Part shown: positions 1 to 8,360 of the stretch, piece by piece
Layout of the letters: the number at the start of each line of letters is the position of its first letter
Position numbering within the stretch: position 1 is the first letter of the stretch
From: a virus
Taxonomy: Duplodnaviria; Caudoviricetes
Virus record (IMG/VR): IMGVR_UViG_3300020043_000469
Coordinates: 1 to 24,045 of that record
Strand: one strand, 5' to 3'
DNA length: 24,045 nt
Made by a program: the position numbers and the translations under genes
The notes under the pieces: model-generated
Database searches by the model: none
Seen by the model: the letters and a program-made list of their open reading frames with translations, nothing else
What the model was told of the DNA's origin: nothing

Positions 1-308
1 GAATATCCGATCACACTGCCTGCGTTCAGCGTCACGGCGGCGATCCTACGTCCGTTGTTGGCGGCTATGATCATACCCGGACTGAACGCTTGACCCGAAG
101 GAAATAAGCCGATGCCACCACCACTCACCGCAGTCATCATATTCGTGCCGTTGCTATCCGTAAGCGTCGTAAACTTCGCCTCCTGATTGACGACCAGCAC
201 GTCATAGGTGCGACCTGTCACCGATGAAACCGCGCCTGCGCCAACTGCCAGCACTTCGGCTGCCATTCCGCGCCCAAGCAGCGCATCCATTTGTTGTCCT
301 ACGTTCAT
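1..308 (-). CDS. Small putative virion structural protein, partial (runs off the left edge; not in the ORF track)
   Basis: ATG at 308 opens a stop-free frame to base 1 (MNVGQQMDALLGRGMAAEVLAVG...VTLNAGSVIGY). A-rich leader with a GATATTTA promoter motif at 327-334. Confidence 0.75.
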   Translation of the reverse strand, partial: MNVGQQMDALLGRGMAAEVLAVGAGAVSSVTGRTYDVLVVNQEAKFTTLTDSNGTNMMTAVSGGGIGLFPSGQAFSPGMIIAANNGRRIAAVTLNAGSVIGY

Positions 309-326
309 TGTCTTTTTCTTTAGTTG

Positions 327-354
327 TAAATATCATTTAACCCAATTCTATGCA
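327..354 (-). promoter_or_regulatory. Putative phage late promoter TGCATA-N14-GATATTTA
   Basis: One of six same-spaced bipartite motifs; 18 nt upstream of ATG 308. Confidence 0.7.
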
Positions 355-371
355 ATTCTATAATCGTGATT

Positions 372-881
372 TTAACGCGTCGGTATTTGGCAGACGTTGC
401 GGCTGAATGGCAACTCAAACACGACCGTGGCCTGCCACCCAGCGACCTTGTCATCGCGTGCCTCCACGAAGCGCGTAGCACTCACCGCGCCGGTGATTGT
501 GTAGTCGCGGTCAGGATCATCGGTGAACTCCGCGACGAAGTCTTGCATGATACGCAGGGTGTCGCTTAACACCTCATCCTCGTTGTCAGTCCACCGGTAC
601 CGCACGTCACCGCTTATGGTCGCATCGAGGCCACGCAAGTCTGCAACGCGATCCATAACAAGGACGCTGACGCTTAGATTGGTTGCACCGATAGGCATTG
701 ACGCACTCTGCGCATCGACGAACAAGAGCGGGTAGATAACCCTATCCCTGTCTGCCGTCCGTAGGTTTATCGTGTTGTCCGTGCCTATCGCCAGCGGATC
801 GCCGAACCCCACCGCGTTGATCTGCAGGTGCGACTGTGCGAAGGCTATCAGGTCGTTTTTGATTGTCACCCAACTGCTCAT
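372..881 (-). CDS. Putative tail terminator / tail-completion protein
   Basis: 169 aa downstream of portal and adaptor; YPLLFV and C-terminal VAGWQATVVFE patterns resemble siphophage tail terminators. Call is mainly synteny. Confidence 0.5.
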   Translation of the reverse strand: MSSWVTIKNDLIAFAQSHLQINAVGFGDPLAIGTDNTINLRTADRDRVIYPLLFVDAQSASMPIGATNLSVSVLVMDRVADLRGLDATISGDVRYRWTDNEDEVLSDTLRIMQDFVAEFTDDPDRDYTITGAVSATRFVEARDDKVAGWQATVVFELPFSRNVCQIPTR

Positions 882-920
882 AGAATTGCTTTAATTTGTT
901 TACGTTCTTGCTGTGCGCCA

Positions 921-1487
921 TCAAAAGTAGTTGCGTCGGTTTTCCGGGTAGTCCAGCGGATCGCGATATCTGCCCCTGCGACCAAGCACCATCCCTGTCT
1001 GATATGCGCTGTTGGCCGGGTAGATCGTGTCAATAGCAACTGGCGGATTGTCGAACAGCGGAAATAGCGTGTGGTTCTCCTGAAGGTAGCGCGTGATGCG
1101 CTCGGTGTACCACTCCGCATCGTCGCGGCTTTTGTCCATCAAGCGCGTCATCTCACGCTCGTTCATTGCCGTCGACTCCGTGCTGCTGCGCCGATCCATC
1201 CCCTTGTTCATAAATTTGAACGCTAAGACCATCGGCAACTCGAAGTACATCCACTGAATGATCGCTGGCTGAATGTAGGTCTGCATCAGCGTGGTGTTGT
1301 TAGCCGACAAAGTGCCAGCAATGACCTGCGTCACGAGTTCCGCGTATAGCGCCGATCCCACCGCTGGCTGAATGTGCATCTCCTGCACCTTTACAATGGT
1401 TGGACGTAGCTGCGTGTAGCTTACGTTTTCGCTTATGACCGAATTTTCGATCAGCGTATTTTCCGAAATAAATAGTGCCTTGCTCAT
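921..1487 (-). CDS. Putative head-tail adaptor (connector) protein
   Basis: 188 aa, mostly helical, translationally coupled (ATGA overlap) to the portal stop. Confidence 0.55.
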   Translation of the reverse strand: MSKALFISENTLIENSVISENVSYTQLRPTIVKVQEMHIQPAVGSALYAELVTQVIAGTLSANNTTLMQTYIQPAIIQWMYFELPMVLAFKFMNKGMDRRSSTESTAMNEREMTRLMDKSRDDAEWYTERITRYLQENHTLFPLFDNPPVAIDTIYPANSAYQTGMVLGRRGRYRDPLDYPENRRNYF

Positions 1488-3547
1488 TCGACTATACGTT
1501 CAACTTGTGTACCTTTTTTGATCACCAACTGCTGCACCCACATATGCCGGCAACTTGGCCGGTGCCTGCCATCTTCAAGCGTCAGCCATCCGCCTCTGCG
1601 CTCCCAGACGCTGTAACCCATGAGCGCCGTTAGCTGATTAATGTCGTCGCGTGTGTATAGGCGTGCGCTGCTCAAGTCCATCATTACCTGGCAGAACTTG
1701 CGGCTCTTATCGTAGCCGTCAGCCTTGCTCAACCCACGATATTCAGGCCTCCAGTCGTACCGGTAGCGCACCTCGACAATCGGCTCTGGCACTTTCTCTT
1801 CCTTCGTCGCCTCACCGATGCCGCGCTTCAACGGATACTTGTTGACCTGCAACAGGTACTGGATGCGCTTGCGGATGCGCGCCTTGCTCACCCCGAACTC
1901 CTTGGCCATCTCTTCAACGGTTGCATCCTCGCGTTTGCGCCTGTATTTTACGATTTTGTCATCCAGCGCCTTGTCTTGATCCGAAATTGCAAACTGCATG
2001 AAGAACTCCGCCTCGCCGTATTCGTTGAAGTCCAGTTCGCGCTCTTGCAGTACCTCAAAGCTTTCACGCGCCTCGCCGAACTGCTGGCCAACCTGCGCCA
2101 GAAACTCCAGCTCATCAGCTTCATCCGTGAACGCCTGCTCTTTCACGCCCAATAGCTGGTCGACCTGTTCCGGGTTGAGGCCGAAGCCAGCCGTCAGCAT
2201 CGTGCGCGCCTGTTCGAGCGTGACCTTACCCTGCGAGTAGTGGCGCACAATCCTCATCAGGTTTTGGTACTGCCTTCCTGAAAGCGTCTTGATAGCTTCA
2301 TTTACGCCTGCGCTGGCTTCTACGGTCGTTTCACCTGCGTCGGGTGTTGGCGTGCCATTCGCCTCTGCAAGTGGCTCATAGCCTGCCTTTTCACGTAGTT
2401 CATCCTGCGTCAAAATCTGCATCAGCGCCTGCTCGGAAAGCTGCTCGGTGATCGGATCGAAAGGCTGCAGGTAGAGGCACTCGTAGCCGTTGAATGACGT
2501 TAAGTAGTTGATCATCCTCTCGACGATCAGAACGCGGTTCATGATGTACGTGTTTTTGAACAACTCAAATGCCTCCGACAATTCTTTTCTACCTCCCAAC
2601 TGCCCCTCCGTTCTGATGCCGAACAGCATCGGCGAGGTGACGTTGTGCGCCACGAAAATCTCCTCCTGTATCTGCTTGTTCAGCAGGTCAAACTGTTTAT
2701 CCAAGTCGCTCGGCGTTAGCGACTGTATGCTTGGTGCGTTTTCTTTTCCGGTCGAAAAGGTCAGCACAAAGCGCCCTGCGTTGTTCGCGCCGCTGAACTT
2801 ATTGCGCATCTGCCGCTCAATCTCTTGCTTCTCCTCATCCGTCGGGATGCCGTCGGCAAAGTTGATCATCTGCCCACCCCAGAACTGGTTGCGGATGTTG
2901 CTGATATGGAACTTCGCAATCTCAACGTCGCACTCAATGTAAGCCAGTGCGCCTTGGTAGTTTGGCAATGGGTAGTGCTTGACGCCAGCTGCGTAATGCC
3001 TGTAATAAAATAGCTGCTTGCCGACGCGGTTATTCGGATCAAACTTGGGCATGCGCTCAACTTCCGCACCTTTCGGGTACTGGCGGATCATGCGTTCGTC
3101 ATACCAATCGGCAATGAGAAACATCGTGTCATCGAGCGACACGCGCACTTTTTCAAATGGCACGTGTTCGATGAAGGCGATGCCGCCACCCCTATTCCAC
3201 GTCACCGCCAGCGCAAATCCGTTGAACAGCTCGAGGTCTAAAACAAACTTTTGCGTCAGGTCGTTGAGGTCGTCATCTTCATTGACGTCAGCCATGAACG
3301 CCTCCGCCTTTGCCTGCTGCGCGACCGTGGTTTTATCCGCATCGACTGCCCAGCCTTTGCCGGCAATGTAGTTGCACTTGCCGTTGATAATCGCGTTGTG
3401 CTTGGCGCTTTTCTTGTAAATGTCGAGCAGGTAGTATGGGTAGTCGTTCATCTCCCCAAACGTGTACAGGTCGTTAGCCTTCGATTGTAACATCAAAGGG
3501 TAGCGATAGTCCGCCTGTGGGATGAAGCTGAAGTTTAGTTTAGTCAT
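1484..3547 (-). CDS. Portal protein with C-terminal extension (HTH-like segment plus Cys/His domain)
   Basis: Portal-like motifs FSGANNAGRF and EEIFVAHNVTSPMLFGI. Likely start ATG 3547 (MTKLNF) overlaps the upstream stop; 687 aa. Confidence 0.85.
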   Translation of the reverse strand: MTKLNFSFIPQADYRYPLMLQSKANDLYTFGEMNDYPYYLLDIYKKSAKHNAIINGKCNYIAGKGWAVDADKTTVAQQAKAEAFMADVNEDDDLNDLTQKFVLDLELFNGFALAVTWNRGGGIAFIEHVPFEKVRVSLDDTMFLIADWYDERMIRQYPKGAEVERMPKFDPNNRVGKQLFYYRHYAAGVKHYPLPNYQGALAYIECDVEIAKFHISNIRNQFWGGQMINFADGIPTDEEKQEIERQMRNKFSGANNAGRFVLTFSTGKENAPSIQSLTPSDLDKQFDLLNKQIQEEIFVAHNVTSPMLFGIRTEGQLGGRKELSEAFELFKNTYIMNRVLIVERMINYLTSFNGYECLYLQPFDPITEQLSEQALMQILTQDELREKAGYEPLAEANGTPTPDAGETTVEASAGVNEAIKTLSGRQYQNLMRIVRHYSQGKVTLEQARTMLTAGFGLNPEQVDQLLGVKEQAFTDEADELEFLAQVGQQFGEARESFEVLQERELDFNEYGEAEFFMQFAISDQDKALDDKIVKYRRKREDATVEEMAKEFGVSKARIRKRIQYLLQVNKYPLKRGIGEATKEEKVPEPIVEVRYRYDWRPEYRGLSKADGYDKSRKFCQVMMDLSSARLYTRDDINQLTALMGYSVWERRGGWLTLEDGRHRPSCRHMWVQQLVIKKGTQVERIVE

Positions 3548-4349
3548 AAGAAACGTAGTCGATCGTGTTTGTTGTACTGGTGAAGCTGCCTTCGGTTGTT
3601 TCAATCATTGCCAGTCCTGTCTCAAGAACTCGGGGGTTCGTGGTTGGCAGCAGGAAGCGACGCATGGCGCGGACGTAGCGGTTAGAGGTATTGTCTTTGC
3701 TGTGAGTGCCTGTAACTCCGTTATTGAAGTTAATAGTGTAGGCTTCATCAGCATCGTATTCAAATGATGTCCAATAGGTGTGATTTGCGAAATTGCCTAA
3801 TCCTGCGTTATGCAGCTTAACTCGCATCTCGCTCAATTCGCCCACTGATGGCAGGAACCAATCGCTAAATCCGTTCAGCACCAAGTCATTGGCAAGCCGT
3901 GCAGCGATGCCAGCAGTTGCGCAACCTGCCACGATTGCTGCGGTATTGGCAATGCCTTGACCTATCTGCCCAGACAAGCCTCCAATGAACGTCCCCTTAC
4001 ACCCCCAAGGCGCATTCGTAGATTGGTCTGATTCCGCCGTTATGTAGGCATAACCGCTGTCGGTAAATGTGTACAAGCCGCCCTGCACGAAGTCGCCAGC
4101 AGCGTAGCTGGCAGGGTTCTCGGTGACCTCGTAGCGATACTGCCCCTTCGTCAACGCGCCCAACGTAAACGCGAATTTGTCGTACCTGCTCTCGTAGCTG
4201 CTTAAATTGTCAACGGCGTTCAGGTAGATATCAGTGGCTTCCAGTGTCGCCAAGTTCGTCAGCCGCAACCGGTAGACCGTCGCACTGTTCGCGCGCTCCG
4301 TCCACGTCACCGCTATCGTGTTGCTTTGGCTGGCTTTCAGGTATAGCAT
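3540..4349 (-). CDS. Putative virion protein carrying a DUF1566/Lcl-like (C-type lectin fold) domain
   Basis: Start ATG 4349 (MLYLKAS) follows a promoter motif. DWFLPSVGEL...YWTS...YVRAMRRF matches the DUF1566-type signature (W.LP...EL, YWSS, VR.VR). Confidence 0.7.
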   Translation of the reverse strand: MLYLKASQSNTIAVTWTERANSATVYRLRLTNLATLEATDIYLNAVDNLSSYESRYDKFAFTLGALTKGQYRYEVTENPASYAAGDFVQGGLYTFTDSGYAYITAESDQSTNAPWGCKGTFIGGLSGQIGQGIANTAAIVAGCATAGIAARLANDLVLNGFSDWFLPSVGELSEMRVKLHNAGLGNFANHTYWTSFEYDADEAYTINFNNGVTGTHSKDNTSNRYVRAMRRFLLPTTNPRVLETGLAMIETTEGSFTSTTNTIDYVSYD

Positions 4350-5433
4350 GAAGTTCTTTAGTGTAAATATCCCTTGCCACGTTTTTGTACAAATTGAACC
4401 TGCGCCGCGTGATCTCATCAATGTCCAGCCGCTTCTGCATCTTAGCGGTCAGCCTGTCCGCCATCTCACGCACCATCGCTGGCTCGTTAATCATTGCCTT
4501 CATCGACTTGTACCACTTCTTCGGTTGCTTTTCGTCAACAAGCACGCCATCCCATCCGTCCGTGATGCAGTCAGCATACATGCAGACGTTGCTGGCGATT
4601 ATCGCCTTGTTCATCCACGCAGCCTCCGTCACCTTCAACTCCGACTTGAGCCTGTTGAACTTATTGTCGCGAAGCGGCGCAAGCGCAACGTCAACGAAGT
4701 TGTAGCCGCCAACGTAGCTGTAAATGTCCGCCGCCTGTATCCGTCCGTAGTTGTTGTTCTTGCCCTTGTTGCTGAACACCTGCTCATATTGCTGATATAT
4801 CGGGTTTCCTTCATTCCACCCGGCTAAGTACAGCATGTAGCGCCCTTCCAGCGTGTGATCGTCGCAGAGGCGCGACAGTGGCAGCTCAAGCAACGCCACG
4901 TCCTCGGTGTGCTGCGCCGCGCCAAAGTAGCCGAAGCGTAGGCGCTCGCTCTTGGTCGGTTGCGGCTTGAACTGGTCGTACAACAGGTGCGGCACGTTCT
5001 CGCATATGGTCACGTTGCGGTTGAGCTTCATGATCTCATCGCGCAGGTACGTCGTGGTCGTGATAATCGCATCCGCAAGCTTGACGTGTTCAGCGACAAC
5101 GGCAGACATGTTGGTGTCGTGGTAGTGCTTGTAGAAGCTATGCCCAGTCCCTAAATACCAATAATCATCCATATCCAAGATAATCTTCGCACCGTACTGG
5201 CGCAGGATGTCGGCGACAGGCTTGACTGCCTCAATAGGTCCTGCAATCCAAGTGCGATTATACAAGAACAGGTCAATCGTCCGCAGTTCTTCGTCGCTCA
5301 TGGTGCGCACGTCAGCGATGCTCACGAACTCGGCCTCGCTGCCAAACATCTCATGCACCCGGCTGCTTGGCATCTCCAAGCGATAGTAGCTGCACCCTGT
5401 GGGATGCTGGTTATAGACAATACATACACGCAT
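4231..5433 (-). CDS. Glycosyltransferase (GT-B-like)
   Basis: GCSYYRLEMP, IILDMDDYW and DVALAPLRDNKFNRLKSELKVTEA motifs are typical of phage GT-B-like glycosyltransferases. Confidence 0.8.
   Translation of the reverse strand: MRVCIVYNQHPTGCSYYRLEMPSSRVHEMFGSEAEFVSIADVRTMSDEELRTIDLFLYNRTWIAGPIEAVKPVADILRQYGAKIILDMDDYWYLGTGHSFYKHYHDTNMSAVVAEHVKLADAIITTTTYLRDEIMKLNRNVTICENVPHLLYDQFKPQPTKSERLRFGYFGAAQHTEDVALLELPLSRLCDDHTLEGRYMLYLAGWNEGNPIYQQYEQVFSNKGKNNNYGRIQAADIYSYVGGYNFVDVALAPLRDNKFNRLKSELKVTEAAWMNKAIIASNVCMYADCITDGWDGVLVDEKQPKKWYKSMKAMINEPAMVREMADRLTAKMQKRLDIDEITRRRFNLYKNVARDIYTKELHAIPESQPKQHDSGDVDGAREQCDGLPVAADELGDTGSH
4364..4391 (-). promoter_or_regulatory. Putative phage late promoter TGTACA-N14-GATATTTA
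   Basis: Bipartite motif 14 nt upstream of ATG 4349, embedded in the 3' end of the glycosyltransferase gene. Confidence 0.65.
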
Positions 5434-5437
5434 AGAA

Positions 5438-5445
5438 CAAAGTTA
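5438..5445 (-). promoter_or_regulatory. Bacteroidota housekeeping-type -7 promoter box (TAACTTTG)
   Basis: Matches TAnnTTTG; 4 nt before ATG 5433 and just downstream of a terminator. Confidence 0.6.
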
Positions 5446-5449
5446 GCCC

Positions 5450-5485
5450 AAAAAAAAGAACCCTGCGCCACCAAACGCAGGGTTC
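5450..5485 (-). terminator. Rho-independent terminator after the tail tube gene
   Basis: GAACCCTGCG-8 nt loop-CGCAGGGTTC, a perfect 10-bp stem followed by T8 on the minus strand. Confidence 0.85.
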
Positions 5486-5516
5486 ACCAACCAACCAAAA
5501 TCTATGCTAATATACG

Positions 5517-6053
5517 TTACGATCCGCCAGTAATCTGCGTTCCGCTGGTCAATGCGGAAATTATTGACGAAGAAACCTCGCTGCATGGCAACTCCTCCAT
5601 GCCTGTGAACGTCATCTCATAGCCATTGCGGTCACCCATCGCCGTCCCTGTCTGCGCCGTGCCAGCCGTGACGTCCAATCCATTAGAGCGCCCAAGAAGC
5701 CAGTATTTGCCGTTCCTGTCGGTGACAATAGCCATGAGCCTATTCAACCCCAGCAGTCGCAGTTCATTGCGGACGTCCTGCGTCATGCGGTTAATAGGGA
5801 AAACCAACTCCTGTTGATAGAAAATCGTGCCATTTTCAGTCGAGGCGTTGACAGTTTCAGTGAACTGCCCCGCACCCTTCGGCACTTCGTACTTGTAGAA
5901 TCCTGATGCAGGGAAAGTGCCAGTGACAACGCCCGATCCATTTACACCAATAGTGCCAGTGACGCTGTTGAAGGCGATGAGGCGAACTTCCGTAATGCCG
6001 CCCACGTTGTCGCGACATCCTAATTTATATCCAGTTGTTAAGGCGCAAGGCAT
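5517..6053 (-). CDS. Putative major tail (tube) protein
   Basis: 178 aa, beta-rich, directly after the capsid gene; GTAQTGTAMGDRNGYEMTFTGME C-terminal pattern. Confidence 0.6.
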   Translation of the reverse strand: MPCALTTGYKLGCRDNVGGITEVRLIAFNSVTGTIGVNGSGVVTGTFPASGFYKYEVPKGAGQFTETVNASTENGTIFYQQELVFPINRMTQDVRNELRLLGLNRLMAIVTDRNGKYWLLGRSNGLDVTAGTAQTGTAMGDRNGYEMTFTGMEELPCSEVSSSIISALTSGTQITGGS

Positions 6054-6084
6054 ATCTATGTTGTTTTTTGTTTTAGTTGTTTAG

Positions 6085-6120
6085 AAAAGAAAAGAAGCGG
6101 GGAGAGTTGCCCCTCCCCAC
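6085..6120 (-). terminator. Intrinsic terminator (probably leaky) after the major capsid gene
   Basis: GTGGGGAGGG-GCAA-CTCTCCCCGC stem with a GNRA loop, then an interrupted U tract TTCTTTTCTTTT. Confidence 0.7.
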
Positions 6121-6124
6121 GTCA

Positions 6125-7111
6125 TCAGCCTGCAGGTGTAGTCGCGTTGGACGCTTTGTACAACACCATCTGCTCCGGGAAGGCGAACTGCACGCCGTAC
6201 TTGAACGCCGCTTGGAAGCGCACTTGGTCATTGTCGTAAGATGCCCAAATGCGGAACTGATCTTCGTCGGAGAGCAAGTCCGTGCCGTAATACAAGTTCT
6301 CCAGCGAAGTAGCAACGATCCTGCGCGTGTTGTTCATGCCATTAACCGCAACGATCTTGAGGTTTGTGCCGGGGAAGAACATCTCGCCGTTGCCAAGCTG
6401 CCCAAGATCGCCCTGATACAGGTTCAACCCTACCAGCTTGTTAGCTAACAAACGATACACGTCCCATCCGCAAAAGGCAACAAGGTCAGGCTTGCTGACA
6501 ATCGCAACAGGGATATTTTGATATACATTCTCAAAAGCGGACACAATAGTCGCATCACTGAACGCAGCACCAGCCAACGATGACACGATAGATGCTGATG
6601 CCGTCGTCTTCTCCATAAGGTGCAAAAGTCCTACGGTCTTGTTCAACGTAGCGTCACCGCTTATTGTAGCCGACCCTCCAGTCCATCCAGACGCGCCTGT
6701 CGCCGATGTCGACTGCCAAATAGCAGTTTCGATGTTAGCGGCGATCTTCTTCGCCTTCTGCGTTGCGAAAGCCTGCTCGAACGGAACGCCTTCGTAGTTG
6801 CTGCCTTGAGAAAGCTGTGTGGCAAGCCACTTGGTTTCCAACTCACGAGGACACAACTCCTCTTGCACCTTCACACGCGCAACGCTGATGACGCGCTGGC
6901 TGAACGTGGTTGTGCCGTTAGCGTTCCATGCGCACGCTGTGGCAGATTGAAACACGGCGTCGGTGTCCATAAGGTTCAACGCCTCTTGATTTTTCACGCC
7001 CACGCGCTTCTGCATGAGCGACTGCGTTTTCGCGTCGAAAACGGCAGTGGTCAACAACGGGAGCTTATTCTGCTCCACATAGTCGGTTAGTCCTCCAATT
7101 GAAAATGACAT
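6125..7111 (-). CDS. Major capsid protein
   Basis: 328 aa after protease and scaffold, followed by a terminator; motifs VQEELCPRELE and NLYYGTDLLSD...KYGVQ resemble Bacteroidota phage capsids. Confidence 0.8.
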   Translation of the reverse strand: MSFSIGGLTDYVEQNKLPLLTTAVFDAKTQSLMQKRVGVKNQEALNLMDTDAVFQSATACAWNANGTTTFSQRVISVARVKVQEELCPRELETKWLATQLSQGSNYEGVPFEQAFATQKAKKIAANIETAIWQSTSATGASGWTGGSATISGDATLNKTVGLLHLMEKTTASASIVSSLAGAAFSDATIVSAFENVYQNIPVAIVSKPDLVAFCGWDVYRLLANKLVGLNLYQGDLGQLGNGEMFFPGTNLKIVAVNGMNNTRRIVATSLENLYYGTDLLSDEDQFRIWASYDNDQVRFQAAFKYGVQFAFPEQMVLYKASNATTPAG

Positions 7112-7114
7112 AGT

Positions 7115-7735
7115 TTATTTTTTAAGGGTTTTTAGGGTTTCATTCAATTCTGCAAGTCGACTGGCGCGGCTCATCTTCACGGATTCAACGACGGCGTCAC
7201 TTGCTCTTTTCTTTGGCGCAGCAGTAGGCATCTGCGCCAATGCTGACAACGCCGTGTCAATGGTGCTGAACCTTGCGGCGTTAGCTTCAACCTCGCCGCC
7301 CATCTTCGCCATCATCTCCTCGACCTTGGCAGCCAAGGCAGCGATAGCCGCCTCCATAGCTTGCATCCGCTCTTCATGGGGATCGGCGGGTGCGCCTTCG
7401 CCTTCGGGTGTTACTTCAATCTCTACCTCTTGCGCCTCAACAGCTTCAGGTGCCGGTGCCGGTGCAGCGTCGCCGATCTCAACGATCTTGCCGCCCTCGG
7501 TAGTCACAACGCCGACTTCAGGGATGCTATGCGCGCCATCAGGTGCAGGCAGCAGTCCCTCTTCAGTCACGACGTAGACCAGCGTACCAACGGCTAACTC
7601 GCCATCGACGCGGATCATCGTGCCATCCTCCAACTTATAATCGCTGAACGCCAATGGCGCAGCGGCTGGTGCCGGCGCAGCGGAGAAGCTACGCAGCACG
7701 CGGGTTAACTCTGAAATTCGATCTGATAGGTTCAT
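7115..7735 (-). CDS. Putative capsid scaffolding protein
   Basis: Acidic, Ala/Pro/Glu-rich with a coiled-coil C-terminus, between protease and capsid. Start ATG 7735 (MNLSDR) is 5 nt after GATATTTA. Confidence 0.65.
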   Translation of the reverse strand: MNLSDRISELTRVLRSFSAAPAPAAAPLAFSDYKLEDGTMIRVDGELAVGTLVYVVTEEGLLPAPDGAHSIPEVGVVTTEGGKIVEIGDAAPAPAPEAVEAQEVEIEVTPEGEGAPADPHEERMQAMEAAIAALAAKVEEMMAKMGGEVEANAARFSTIDTALSALAQMPTAAPKKRASDAVVESVKMSRASRLAELNETLKTLKK

Positions 7736-7739
7736 ATAG

Positions 7740-8327
7740 TTAAATATCGTTTGGTTTGATAGTATGCAAAAAACTCTCAAAGGCTTGGGCAAACTCCGCC
7801 ATCGCCACCTCTATCTCCGTATCCGTCGGCTGCATCCCGAAGTAGCCTTCAATGCTGAACCCGGTGAACTGGTCGCGATCCTCCCACACTTTGTCGTTCT
7901 CAACTTTGAACGATCCGAACCAACTGCCATCCTTCGCATCCTCGTAGCCGTTCGGTGGGTTGATGCCGCGCTCCCTGTCGATCAGGTAGCTCTCAAACAT
8001 ATAGACACCATCGATGGCGGTGCTGTGTTCAGCGTTCACGTTGTGCTGGTTGCCCTGCTTAAAATACCTCTGAACCATCTTGCGGATCGTTTCCTTTTGG
8101 AAGATCACGAAATACTCGCCACGCGTTTTGTCGCGGCGTATGATCGGCGTATCTGCCAACATCAACGGTCCTGTCAGCACGCGCTTTTCGCCTGTTTCGG
8201 TGAATCGCATCTTCTCCTTGCTGAACGCCTGAAATGGTCGCTCAATTGCAGGGGATTCAACGAGTGCGACGTAGCTGACGCCTTCGTCAACTTCGTCAAT
8301 GGTCATCAGGTAAACTGGTAGTTCCAT
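7740..8327 (-). CDS. Putative prohead serine protease (XkdF-like)
   Basis: VALVESPAIE, NAEH, GSWFGSFKV and TGFSIEG motifs; start ATG 8327 (MELPVY). Confidence 0.75.
   Translation of the reverse strand: MELPVYLMTIDEVDEGVSYVALVESPAIERPFQAFSKEKMRFTETGEKRVLTGPLMLADTPIIRRDKTRGEYFVIFQKETIRKMVQRYFKQGNQHNVNAEHSTAIDGVYMFESYLIDRERGINPPNGYEDAKDGSWFGSFKVENDKVWEDRDQFTGFSIEGYFGMQPTDTEIEVAMAEFAQAFESFLHTIKPNDI
7741..7768 (-). promoter_or_regulatory. Putative phage late promoter TGCATA-N14-GATATTTA
   Basis: Bipartite motif exactly 5 nt before ATG 7735. Confidence 0.75.
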
Positions 8328-8332
8328 AGCCT

Positions 8333-8360
8333 TAAATATCATCAGTTCGCCAACTGTGCA
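8333..8360 (-). promoter_or_regulatory. Putative phage late promoter TGCACA-N14-GATATTTA
   Basis: Bipartite motif exactly 5 nt before ATG 8327. Confidence 0.75.
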
